From a virus (taxonomy: Duplodnaviria; Caudoviricetes), in IMG/VR virus record IMGVR_UViG_3300037424_000957, positions 1 through 43,205 of that record: a DNA stretch of 43,205 nt, one strand, 5' to 3'. The position numbers and the translations under genes are program-made. The notes below the pieces were generated by a model. It worked only from the letters and a program-made list of their open reading frames with translations, was not told where the DNA came from and did not search any database. Shown piece by piece: positions 1 through 8,409 of this stretch. Each line of letters opens with the position of its first letter. The first letter of the stretch is position 1.

Positions 1-109
1 TCTTTACAATTTTCTGTTCCTGCGTGGTCACATATTACTTTCATAAGTTACTCCTTTTTATCTGGTTGCTTAACTTCTTCCTTCTTTTTCCAAAACATTT
101 TACTTCTCC

Positions 110-349
110 TTATATCTCTATTCCGTATTTTTTAAGAAGTTTAATCACAACCTCTTTTGTTTCTTCTGGATCGGCATAACAATATAACATAACACCTTGG
201 GCAAACTCTTTCACTGCTTGTTCTATCATGGATTTTTCTTCCGACACTAAAATTGTTAAAAAATCTTGCTTACCATTGTTAATATATGCTTCTAAGGTAT
301 TATTCATTAAATCATCAATTCTTTCTTTTCTTTCCTCTTCGTTAAACAT
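110..349 (-). CDS. hypothetical phage protein (79 aa)
   Basis: ORF track; AAGGAGAAAGAAG leader before ATG. Confidence 0.75.
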   Translation of the reverse strand: MFNEEERKERIDDLMNNTLEAYINNGKQDFLTILVSEEKSMIEQAVKEFAQGVMLYCYADPEETKEVVIKLLKKYGIEI

Positions 350-485
350 CTTCTTTCTCCTTGTTATATTTTTCTAACTTTTTCGTATATTAAAACAATA
401 AAAGTTAATAATAAACCAAATAAAACAATATTCAGAATAGTACTAAAAATTATTATAAATTCCATTTTAGTCTCCTGTTAATATT

Positions 486-665
486 TTATAATGGATCGTA
501 CTTATCCATTAAATCACCCATAAAACACATTCCTTTTTTACCTTTTTTTATATTTGCACCACACGAACATTTGTCCGGATCGGAACCATTCCCGCCACGT
601 TCACATTCTGAACAATCAATATAAATTTTACCCTTTGAATCTTTACCTGAATATTTTGCTTTCAT
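486..665 (-). CDS. small Cys-rich protein (59 aa, MKAKYSGKDSKGKIYIDCSECERGGNG...)
   Basis: manually translated; AAGGAGA RBS; CxxC...CxC...C. Confidence 0.65.
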   Translation of the reverse strand: MKAKYSGKDSKGKIYIDCSECERGGNGSDPDKCSCGANIKKGKKGMCFMGDLMDKYDPL

Positions 666-678
666 TTTAATCTCCTTG

Positions 679-852
679 TTATATTTTTTCTACCATCTTT
701 CTAAATGCAGATAAATAATCTAACGGATTATCTAAATCATTATTTATATGATCTATATCTTGATGTAGATTTCCTACCCATAAACATTTTTCTATTACAA
801 GATGATTTGGTATCTTTTTGGCTAATAAATTAAGCTCTTCTTGTTCCGTCAT
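679..852 (-). CDS. hypothetical protein (57 aa, MTEQEELNLL...)
   Basis: manually translated; repeated AAGGAGAAAGAAGATG leader. Confidence 0.65.
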   Translation of the reverse strand: MTEQEELNLLAKKIPNHLVIEKCLWVGNLHQDIDHINNDLDNPLDYLSAFRKMVEKI

Positions 853-985
853 CTTCTTTCTCCTTGTTGTGTTTTATTTCTGAATAACTTAAGCATTTAC
901 AATTGGGTATAAAATCTGAACATTCTACAAAAGGTATGCCTGCACATACTCTACAGTATTTGTGTTTAAATTCGTCTATTGTCAT
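830..985 (-). CDS. small Cys-rich protein (51 aa, MTIDEFKHKYCRVC...)
   Basis: manually translated; variant of the repeated leader. Confidence 0.55.
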   Translation of the reverse strand: MTIDEFKHKYCRVCAGIPFVECSDFIPNCKCLSYSEIKHNKEKEDDGTRRA

Positions 986-1376
986 CTTCTTTCTCTTTAA
1001 ATCCAGCTAAATAATAAGATTTTCCTTTAATAACCCATTTTACTTTTTTATCGGGATTCCCGGTTTTTCTGTTTATAGAATATAATGCACAATCGGTTAA
1101 ATTATATAGCAATTTATATACTTCAAGTAGTTTTGTTGCAATTCCGGTTTTGTCACAAGTTACATGATAAAAAAATATTCCATTAAGATTAGTTGAAAGT
1201 TCACTATTCTCTAAATCCATAAAGATGCTTTGATTATCATCGATCTTTAGCGGTGGATCATAAGTAATCTTTTTCCAACCTCTATTAACAAAATCATAAA
1301 AGCCTGTTTCAGTTACTACCAAGGCTTCATTTGGTGTTGCTATAAATCCACAGTTTTTACCTAATATTAGAGACAT
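966..1376 (-). CDS. hypothetical protein (start moved to MSLILGKN...)
   Basis: ORF 966..1496 in track; ATG at 1376 carries the repeated leader and avoids a long overlap with 1357..1548. Confidence 0.7.
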   Translation of the reverse strand: MSLILGKNCGFIATPNEALVVTETGFYDFVNRGWKKITYDPPLKIDDNQSIFMDLENSELSTNLNGIFFYHVTCDKTGIATKLLEVYKLLYNLTDCALYSINRKTGNPDKKVKWVIKGKSYYLAGFKEKEDDNRRI

Positions 1377-1548
1377 CTTCTTTTTCCTGTTTAATTTTGA
1401 AATCATACAATTTTGCATTAAGTAATGTCCATCTACTCGGCCATACATATCTACCCATCTCGGCATCGCTACAATCTTTGCTTGAAACTTCATCAATACA
1501 TTCTTGTAAAATTTTCTGAATACGTTTGTTTATTTGTTCATTTGTCAT
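1357..1548 (-). CDS. hypothetical protein (63 aa)
   Basis: ORF track; repeated leader. Confidence 0.7.
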   Translation of the reverse strand: MTNEQINKRIQKILQECIDEVSSKDCSDAEMGRYVWPSRWTLLNAKLYDFKIKQEKEDVSNIR

Positions 1549-1559
1549 CTTCTTTCTCC

Positions 1560-1730
1560 TTATTCTAAAGCCATTATTGAATCATACAATTCTTGAGTAC
1601 GTTCGCCCTTTTCATACCGGCGTAATAAAGGGTCTATCGAAAGGAACAGTGCAAGTAACCCGGATGATCCTATTTCAGTATATTCCAGTCTAATTTCATT
1701 TAAATGGTTCTTTGCTTCTTCCCAATTCAT
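1560..1730 (-). CDS. hypothetical protein (56 aa, MNWEEAKNHL...)
   Basis: manually translated; AGGAGAAAGAAAATG leader. Confidence 0.65.
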   Translation of the reverse strand: MNWEEAKNHLNEIRLEYTEIGSSGLLALFLSIDPLLRRYEKGERTQELYDSIMALE

Positions 1731-1764
1731 TTTCTTTCTCCTGTTAATATTTTATAATACCATT

Positions 1765-1840
1765 TGGCAAGGGCAGGATTTGAACCTGCATCACGAAGTC
1801 CAGATTCATCTTGTCAATGGAAATCCTTCGCCACCCTGCC
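1765..1840 (-). ncRNA. tRNA-like element (acceptor stem + T arm, no canonical D/anticodon arms)
   Basis: GGCAGGG/CCTTGCC acceptor stem, discriminator A, GCAGG-TTCAAAT-CCTGC T arm; middle folds as a single GCGAAG/CTTCGT + TCCA/TGGA stem. Confidence 0.65.
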
Positions 1841-1844
1841 ATTT

Positions 1845-2110
1845 GTCGGCTTAGAAACTTACCAAACATATCCGACTACATATTGCTATGATGTTTATAA
1901 TGTGGTCTTATGTGATTTGTGCACCTCAGATCGTAGCCTCAAAATAGAGACTCCGTCCACTGCCTAATGTCTAATACAAGTTTATTACGTCCTTGCGTTT
2001 CCAGTCACCGAGGCTGAGCGTAATCTCACAATTCGGTGCTTAGACACTCTGAACAGCATTTGTACCGCTGACCTCGAAAGTCTACTTGCCATTCACAAGA
2101 CGGCACTAGC
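1845..2110 (-). ncRNA. candidate structured RNA upstream of the tRNA-like element
   Basis: GC-richer and ORF-free; minus-strand stems TGTCTAA/TTAGACA, CACCGA/TCGGTG, TGAG/CTCA, CAGC/GCTG; UUCG and GCAA tetraloops. Confidence 0.5.
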
Positions 2111-2185
2111 TTTTTAAACTCTAAGTCTTTCTTCATCAATCTTTATTTATTTACTAACTCCACAATCTGTGTGAGTATAAAACCG

Positions 2186-2368
2186 TTAATGATTTTTAAT
2201 CCAATCGCTAATAGGTAATTTATAATCATCTTCACACTTAGAATATCCTTCTTCGTATGCTTCTTTAATAACGTCATCGATTAGCAATTCTATTTCTAAC
2301 GGAAAATCAGCAGGACAATCTTGTTTCATTTTATTCCAATCATTAACAATTTCTTTTCCTGTTTTCAT
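2186..2368 (-). CDS. hypothetical protein
   Basis: ORF track; AAGGAGA RBS. Confidence 0.7.
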   Translation of the reverse strand: MKTGKEIVNDWNKMKQDCPADFPLEIELLIDDVIKEAYEEGYSKCEDDYKLPISDWIKNH

Positions 2369-2463
2369 AACATCTCCTTTATTTGACTAAATTCATGTTC
2401 TCTTTTCATGCCTTGATGTCTGTAAAATATGTATCCGGTCTTTTCAAAGACTATATCGTATTA

Positions 2464-2664
2464 TCACTTCCACCCGAATCCTATAATATCTGTAAGTTTA
2501 TCAAATTGAGGTGATGTAAGATCCTTACCTCTTTGCAAATACTCGGTACATATATTATCAATAAATCCTAATTCCCATTCGGTAAGTTCTCTGCTTTCAT
2601 TACAGCCATCTTCCATACAATCATGAATAGCATTAATCAAAACCCTTCTCTTATATTCTGTCAT
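2464..2664 (-). CDS. hypothetical phage protein (LTEWE..FI...LT..Q...L motif)
   Basis: ORF track; AAGGTG RBS; overlaps upstream stop. Confidence 0.75.
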   Translation of the reverse strand: MTEYKRRVLINAIHDCMEDGCNESRELTEWELGFIDNICTEYLQRGKDLTSPQFDKLTDIIGFGWK

Positions 2665-2939
2665 ATTATCACACCTTTTCCAGCAGTTAGTTTAACAATT
2701 TCACCCAACAAACTCTGATATCCTCTAAACGCGAGAGCTTTTAAAAAATCTATTTTAAGTTTGTCATTACCGGATTCTCTTGCTTTTCTTATTGTAAAAT
2801 CAAATAATGTGGCAGGATTATCCTCTATCGTCTTTATAATTTCTATTAAATTTGTACCGCTTTGGAATACGAATTCACGGCTTATATTAATAAAAAATTC
2901 CAACTGTTCCCTCGAAACTAAATATGTTTCATCTATCAT
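2661..2939 (-). CDS. hypothetical protein
   Basis: ORF track; coupled to neighbours. Confidence 0.7.
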   Translation of the reverse strand: MIDETYLVSREQLEFFINISREFVFQSGTNLIEIIKTIEDNPATLFDFTIRKARESGNDKLKIDFLKALAFRGYQSLLGEIVKLTAGKGVII

Positions 2940-3148
2940 TATTTAACCCTTCCTTTTCTGATGTCATCAAGAGTTATTATTTTACCCTTACGTTTCTCTT
3001 TCTCTCCGCGGCTATGATATTCCTCTAACAACGCCTTTACCTTATCGGCGTTGCCCTGGAGATCGGGGCAACGTTCTTCTCCGTATGGTAGAATACAAAA
3101 TCCTTCCGAGTCCTCATGTGGGCAATGCAAATTTAATTCTCTACACAT
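2939..3148 (-). CDS. hypothetical Cys-containing protein
   Basis: ORF track; AAGGA RBS. Confidence 0.65.
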   Translation of the reverse strand: MCRELNLHCPHEDSEGFCILPYGEERCPDLQGNADKVKALLEEYHSRGEKEKRKGKIITLDDIRKGRVK

Positions 3149-3161
3149 TATTTTTCTTCCT

Positions 3162-3350
3162 TTATAATAATTTCATATGTCTTATTTCATCATTTTCAAA
3201 ATATTCAACAACATGATAAGAGACACAGATTTTTTCATTTAAATATATATTTAAAACTTTAATATCCTCATCTGAAGGTTGTTCTTTAAAACATCTTACC
3301 ACAGTATTATTACCACAAGAAGCACAATCTTGTGCTATTAATATAAACAT
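3162..3350 (-). CDS. hypothetical protein (CxxC)
   Basis: ORF track; GGAG RBS. Confidence 0.65.
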   Translation of the reverse strand: MFILIAQDCASCGNNTVVRCFKEQPSDEDIKVLNIYLNEKICVSYHVVEYFENDEIRHMKLL

Positions 3351-3360
3351 ATTAATTCTC

Positions 3361-3546
3361 CTACAAATATAAGTTTTCCCATCCGTCTTTCCCTTTACGC
3401 AGCACTATCGGAACCGTAATCTTTTTAAATATCTTAATCCCGAATATAGTTACTATTTTAACCCGGCGAATATATTTAAACTCATCCTCGCTTCCAACAG
3501 TCCATATCGTATCAATCGTTTCCTCTACTTTAACCATTTTTTTCAC
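3361..3546 (-). CDS. hypothetical protein
   Basis: ORF track. Confidence 0.6.
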   Translation of the reverse strand: MKKMVKVEETIDTIWTVGSEDEFKYIRRVKIVTIFGIKIFKKITVPIVLRKGKDGWENLYL

Positions 3547-3557
3547 CTCTTGTTTAG

Positions 3558-3806
3558 TTATTTAGAATATCCATTTTCACCACAATCTATAATAATTCTC
3601 AATGCCATTGCTGCAATTTGGATGCACTCTTTATGTATTAAATCTTTTCTATATTCTCGCACAGTTTGCTTTTGTTTTACATGATCCCAGAGTTCATCAA
3701 CTTCTTCCAACAATACTGCATAACCCTCATGTAATGAATTAAATTTTGGAAATTTAGATATTGCAAATTTAATTTATTCATCGACTTGTGATAATAAAGT
3801 ACTCAT
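3558..3806 (-). pseudogene. MazG-like all-alpha NTP pyrophosphohydrolase-type gene with in-frame TAA at codon 11
   Basis: GAGGTG RBS; MSTLLSQVDE*IKFAISKFPKFNSLHEGYAVLLEEVDELWDHVK...KECIQIAAMALR; EExxE...ExxQ motif; stop at 3774-3776. Confidence 0.7.
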
Positions 3807-3827
3807 ACAACACCTCTATATATTTAA

Positions 3828-4076
3828 TTATTTGGATTTACTATATACTATCACCCACGGGAAAACAGAGTCAGCATATACTTTCCTGTAACAATAAACA
3901 CTATTATCATCTCCATAATGACTTACAAATTTAATTGCAGTGTTTCTTGAAACTTCTTTAGTATCTAATGAAATAGCATGCAGTCTATACCAACCATTTT
4001 CTGCCATATTCGCATCAATATTACTTGCATATTTTTTTAACTTATGTTTCAAATCTTTATAATTACATATATCCAT
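3828..4076 (-). CDS. hypothetical protein
   Basis: ORF track. Confidence 0.7.
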   Translation of the reverse strand: MDICNYKDLKHKLKKYASNIDANMAENGWYRLHAISLDTKEVSRNTAIKFVSHYGDDNSVYCYRKVYADSVFPWVIVYSKSK

Positions 4077-4095
4077 TTTTATACCTTTTATTTAG

Positions 4096-4293
4096 TTATT
4101 TGGTATTAGCTTTATAAATCATAGGTTCGTTACATACAGGACAAGGATATATATCTACTTTATCTGGTTTACGATCATCATTTATTCTTTTCTCGTAATT
4201 TTTAATATGTTTCAGATGGTCCTTCTTTAACATTACCGGGAAAGATCGTTTCATTTTATCAATTTTGTATTTTAATGTGTTTTTAATATTCAT
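4096..4293 (-). CDS. hypothetical protein (C-terminal CPVC)
   Basis: ORF track; GAGGA RBS. Confidence 0.65.
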   Translation of the reverse strand: MNIKNTLKYKIDKMKRSFPVMLKKDHLKHIKNYEKRINDDRKPDKVDIYPCPVCNEPMIYKANTK

Positions 4294-4320
4294 CTTATCC
4301 TCTTGCTTATTTTAAAACTT

Positions 4321-4551
4321 TTATGTCACTTCTCCACAGATTCTTATCCGTTCTTCTATTTTTTCATACCCATGTTTTAAATAATAACTTCCATATCTAA
4401 TAACATGAATATTTCTTCTTCCCCAAAGCTGTTTGTCATCATAAAGATATTCAAATTGATCTCTAACCGGACCCAAATTATGCTCATTTAGATAATATTC
4501 AAAATGTCTATGAGTTTCTGCTAAAACGTATATTGGTTGTTTTCTATCCAT
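4321..4551 (-). CDS. hypothetical protein
   Basis: ORF track. Confidence 0.65.
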   Translation of the reverse strand: MDRKQPIYVLAETHRHFEYYLNEHNLGPVRDQFEYLYDDKQLWGRRNIHVIRYGSYYLKHGYEKIEERIRICGEVT

Positions 4552-4556
4552 AACAT

Positions 4557-4850
4557 TTATACCAAATCATTATAAACTTGTAACGCTGCTCCCCGTACTA
4601 TTGACGGATACTCTTTTATATCAAAAGTTGAAGTCATCCCTTTTTCTATTGTTAATAATGAAAAATGCGGATGAGTAATATTATTTAATTCTTTTGCTAT
4701 CCTTTTCCCTAATTCATCGTATTGGCTGTCTAACATCAAATTCTTATCCTTTTTATAATACATATAGCTTGCCATTAAGAACCAGGAAACGCAGCAATTT
4801 ATATTCCCTATTATTATTTTTTGAAAAACTTCCTCTGATATAATTGCCAT
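4557..4850 (-). CDS. stand-alone NAD+-dependent DNA ligase domain Ia-like protein
   Basis: SYMYYKKDKNLMLDSQYDEL matches the LigA domain Ia YY..d.p.isD.eYD.L motif; no adenylation domain follows. Confidence 0.65.
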   Translation of the reverse strand: MAIISEEVFQKIIIGNINCCVSWFLMASYMYYKKDKNLMLDSQYDELGKRIAKELNNITHPHFSLLTIEKGMTSTFDIKEYPSIVRGAALQVYNDLV

Positions 4851-4852
4851 AC

Positions 4853-4892
4853 TATATATAACATATTTTTATCCTAAAAAAGTCAACAATTT
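4853..4892 (-). promoter_or_regulatory. putative phage-type promoter TTGACT-N18-GTTATATAT
   Basis: near-duplicate of the element at 6335-6408; directly precedes ATG at 4850. Confidence 0.55.
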
Positions 4893-5106
4893 TACCTTGG
4901 GTCTAAAAAAATTTGTGAAAAAAATTATCCATAAACTTTCCCTCGCAGTACATCATAATCCATTTTAATATTATTCCGGTTATTATAATCTATCTGTTCC
5001 TGCGGAGACATCGATAAATTAAGATTCGGGAGCCAATAAACATGATCATTCATTACTTTCCATATTCCTAAAGGTATTATTAGTTTGTCTGTCATTTAAA
5101 TATTCC

Positions 5107-5460
5107 TCATTTTGATGCCTGCCAATCCACACAATAATCTCCTCTCATTATAAAAATCACATTCTCATAATACGTAAACATTTCAAAACTTCTTGTTGCA
5201 GTGGATATAATTATAGGAGAATTTCTTTCGTTCCAATCTCTATTTAAACTATAATGCATAGATTTCCGATTATAAGACATTTGCCAATTTGTTTCCCCAT
5301 CCATATAAGAATTATGTGTCGGCAATCCCAATGTATTTTTTATATTAAGATAAGATACACCTATAAAAGAATCAAAAATCTTTTTATCATCATTTTCAGG
5401 AGTAATAACGCTACATCCGAAAAATAAAATAGTAATAAAAATAAATAATATCTTTTTCAT
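5107..5460 (-). CDS. putative lipoprotein
   Basis: MKKILFIFITILFFG-C signal peptide/lipobox. Confidence 0.75.
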   Translation of the reverse strand: MKKILFIFITILFFGCSVITPENDDKKIFDSFIGVSYLNIKNTLGLPTHNSYMDGETNWQMSYNRKSMHYSLNRDWNERNSPIIISTATRSFEMFTYYENVIFIMRGDYCVDWQASK

Positions 5461-5461
5461 G

Positions 5462-5890
5462 TTACGTTCCTATTATTAGAGTGTGTAATACTCTCCAAAA
5501 CTTCTTAGGTAAATATATATTATTTATATCTACAGCTTTCTCAAACAAAGGTGCTATATCTTTATAGTAATGCCCGGCCAGTCCGCAGCCAATCTCTGTG
5601 ACTAAAAAAATATAACCGGGATTAGAAACAGCAAATTCAACAAACTCATCTACATATCCTTGTATCTTGAATAATGATAACTTATTTGAAATAGAAGCAT
5701 TTACAGTAGGGATAGCATAAGTTCTACCTTGTAATCCCCGGGCCTGACCATATCTAGCACCCCATTTCATAGCTGTCTTTGCAGCACCCTTGCCGTGGCG
5801 CCCGGATTCGTTACTGCCAAAAACAAAGATCTCGTCTTCGTTCAGTTCAATGATAACGTCCGGGGTGATTCTGGTTAATTTATCATTCAT
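5462..5890 (-). CDS. Macro-domain-like phage protein (A1S_2505-type family)
   Basis: IFVFGSN..G.HG.GAA, YAIPT and FLVTEIGCGLAG motifs. Confidence 0.75.
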   Translation of the reverse strand: MNDKLTRITPDVIIELNEDEIFVFGSNESGRHGKGAAKTAMKWGARYGQARGLQGRTYAIPTVNASISNKLSLFKIQGYVDEFVEFAVSNPGYIFLVTEIGCGLAGHYYKDIAPLFEKAVDINNIYLPKKFWRVLHTLIIGT

Positions 5891-6066
5891 TTAATTAACT
5901 CCAGAATCAGGTTCCCCGTTAAAAGAATAATAGCAGCAATATTTATTGCTAAAGCAATACCATTAAATATTCTTAATTTATTGATAACATTTTTTGCTCC
6001 GAAGAAATTAAAAATAGCACAGGTTATATTACCAAATAATAAGACAATCATAAATTCTATATTCAT
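5887..6066 (-). CDS. small two-TM membrane protein (start moved to MNIEFM)
   Basis: GAGGTGG RBS; two hydrophobic stretches. Confidence 0.6.
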   Translation of the reverse strand: MNIEFMIVLLFGNITCAIFNFFGAKNVINKLRIFNGIALAINIAAIILLTGNLILELIK

Positions 6067-6186
6067 CTGCTCCACCTCTTTATGAATAAACTCATTATAA
6101 AAACTAATAGACCACATATAATAAGCATAATCCACATACCAAAGAATACATATATAGCTGTCATAAAGACTCCTTATATTTTAAAA

Positions 6187-6330
6187 TAATAGCAATATAG
6201 GTTATTTAATCCCGCAATTTCAAACATAAAAGCTATACTTTCTCTTATTGTAGACTAACTGGCTGTGGTATAAGTCCGGGCAATCACACAGACTGAATTA
6301 GCCTTGGCCCTTTCGGGTATATTGCTATTA
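6187..6330 (-). ncRNA. candidate ~145-nt structured RNA or leader
   Basis: 13-bp terminal inverted repeat TAATAGCAATATA/TATATTGCTATTA; CCC-GAAA-GGG hairpin; begins just after the promoter motif. Confidence 0.45.
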
Positions 6331-6334
6331 CGGT

Positions 6335-6372
6335 ATAATAACGGGGTTGGGACAAAGAAAAGTCAACAAATT
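6335..6372 (-). promoter_or_regulatory. putative phage-type promoter TTGACT-N18-GTTATTAT
   Basis: near-duplicate of the 4853-4928 element. Confidence 0.55.
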
Positions 6373-6409
6373 TTACCCTGGGCTTAAAAAAATTTGTAAA
6401 AAATTATAG

Positions 6410-7380
6410 AATTAAATGATCAAGGATAAGAATCTGGGATTGACGTCCGGATTTTAGGTCAGTGCAGGGTCAGCGTTAGCGTATATGTCAACGTCCGAGG
6501 GATAATTTATTTACCTTACCCCTAAAAAAATTGTTAGAATTATGTACGGGGTCCAAGACGCTTATAGTTCTGTTTTAACATGGTTTCTGCTTTTTCAGCT
6601 CTATATATAACATAATCTTTATTTTGTTATATCAATACGGATACTGTTATATATTTGTTTATTTGTTGCCTTGCCTGTCTTCCGGGTGGATGGGCAAGCG
6701 CTCAGCCTTTGACCTACCCCATCCCCCGACGCTAACAATGACTATAAACCCTTATATTATACTTATTTACTTAATACTATTCTATGTATTATACTGTATC
6801 ATATAATCCGGTTATTACTCTAATTAAAAGGGTCTATTATATATTACTGTCTATATATATCTTTATTATCCGGTATTGTTATTATATATGGGTTATTGTT
6901 TATTAATATCCTTTATATTTTTTAAAGAGTGGTCTTTAATCGGCTTGTATTCTTCATATTTGGGCTTATATGATATTTTAACAATATATATGATATATTG
7001 GACTATTGTATATTTAAAAGACTGTGTAGACTGTTATATGAGGTTATAGGGCATATAATGAGGGATGTCTCAATAATAATCAGTTTATATTAATTATATT
7101 CTTTATGGGATTATTATATTGATCGCTCTATTGTCTTTCTTGTTTATATCCGGTTATTGTTTTTTAAAACTATTTAAATTGTTGTTTTTAGGATTGTTTC
7201 CACTCAAATTTGTATATTGATTTAGCTGTTTTATAGCTATTATGTAGCTATTATTGACTATGTTTTCCAGGATTTTCATTGATCTGTGAGTTGCATATAC
7301 AAATTATTATACTTTTAGCTATAAAACAGCATTTTTTTATGATTTTATTAAAAAAAATTAAGTTTTTATTGTAAATAATA
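6410..7380. other. long non-coding divergence region (possible genome terminus or terminal-repeat boundary)
   Basis: ~1 kb without a credible ORF, T-rich + strand, strand switch of all genes, inverted repeats at 7207-7330. Confidence 0.45.
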
Positions 7381-7381
7381 C

Positions 7382-7410
7382 TTGACGTTTGACGATATTA
7401 TAATTATATT
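7382..7410 (+). promoter_or_regulatory. sigma70-type early promoter
   Basis: TTGACG-17nt-TATATT with upstream A/T tracts (UP-element-like). Confidence 0.7.
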
Positions 7411-7711
7411 ATGAGTATAAATAATCAATGATCTTTCAAAACGTCCGAGAGTTAAAAATTAAAACCCTGTTTACTCGATCAAGCACCGATAAAACGGCAA
7501 GTATAAATAATAAAGACTTTCAATCCAAAAAACCCTTTTTCATAATAAACCCTAACAATTCAATTAGTAATTATTATTGCCAGTATCCCCGCAAGGGTGA
7601 TTAAAGCAATAAATAATAATTACAGTCTAAAAATTGACACTTTAAACAAGTAATTTATTATTTGTTTAAAGCTGTGAGTTTTTAAAATACATTATCAAGG
7701 GAGTTTATATC

Positions 7712-7909
7712 ATGGATAAAAAACAAGTTACAAAATTAAACAACGCTTTATTTAATAACAATTTAGTTAAATCTGTAAACGCTATTACCAATATGTTTTT
7801 AAATAACGGAAAGATGGTTATTGTACTTAATAATCATATTACCGGAAAGTTAACAATGTTTTTTAATAATGTGTTCGGCGCTAATGGTTATGACGTGAAA
7901 TCTATTTAA
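7712..7909 (+). CDS. early hypothetical protein
   Basis: ORF track; AAGGGAG RBS. Confidence 0.75.
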   Translation: MDKKQVTKLNNALFNNNLVKSVNAITNMFLNNGKMVIVLNNHITGKLTMFFNNVFGANGYDVKSI

Positions 7910-7923
7910 AGGACGGTGCTTTT

Positions 7924-8103
7924 ATGAAAAACTTTAAAAAAGTAATAATAAATAACTGGTCATATTATTATAACGAAACAACTAAAAATTTAGTTGAAAA
8001 AGATACTAATAACGTTATAGACATGAACGGATTTACACAGCAAGAAAAAAACCAGTTACAAGATCAATTATTACATAATAGACCAATGATAACACATATT
8101 TAA
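7924..8103 (+). CDS. early hypothetical protein (59 aa, MKNFKKVIIN...)
   Basis: manually translated; AAAGGACGG RBS. Confidence 0.7.
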   Translation: MKNFKKVIINNWSYYYNETTKNLVEKDTNNVIDMNGFTQQEKNQLQDQLLHNRPMITHI

Positions 8104-8179
8104 AGTATCATAATTTATCCGGTTATTTCTTGCCGGATATTTTACAAGATTTTAAATTAAAAAAGGGAGATTAAATATT

Positions 8180-8323
8180 ATGAAATTAGTAAATATATCG
8201 AAATGGCAAAAAGCTATTGATTTACGCGGCAATATTATTTATGTCCGCACTATTACTGAACAAACTAAAAAAGGTAATATTTATTCCAGGCGTGAAGCGG
8301 TTAGACAAAAATTAAGTGCTTAA
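8180..8323 (+). CDS. early basic hypothetical protein (47 aa)
   Basis: manually translated; AAAAGGGAG RBS. Confidence 0.7.
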   Translation: MKLVNISKWQKAIDLRGNIIYVRTITEQTKKGNIYSRREAVRQKLSA

Positions 8324-8409
8324 AGTTGATTTACTCTTCTACTCTTTATTGAGTGGTTGAGTAAACTAATTTTTATTTAGTTTAAATCATAAGAAAAGGG
8401 GAAAATATT

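Larger units (their letters stand above)
347..1758 (-). repeat. dispersed repeated translation-initiation segment (AACAAGGAGAAAGAAGATG and variants)
   Basis: + strand CATCTTCTTTCTCCTT-like at 347, 850, 983, 1374, 1546, 1728; 22-bp direct repeat TCTCCTGTTAATATTTTATAAT at 471 and 1737. Confidence 0.8.

Noticed and set aside
1764-1967. ORF MARAGFEPAS...
   Set aside because: Typical antisense translation of a tRNA T arm (GFEP)
1765-2110. tmRNA
   Set aside because: Acceptor stem closes within 76 nt, there is no G3-U70, and no tag ORF ending in Ala-Ala was seen
6624-6806. 60-aa ORF in the divergence region
   Set aside because: TTG start, no RBS, low-complexity Y/I/L composition reflecting T-rich DNA
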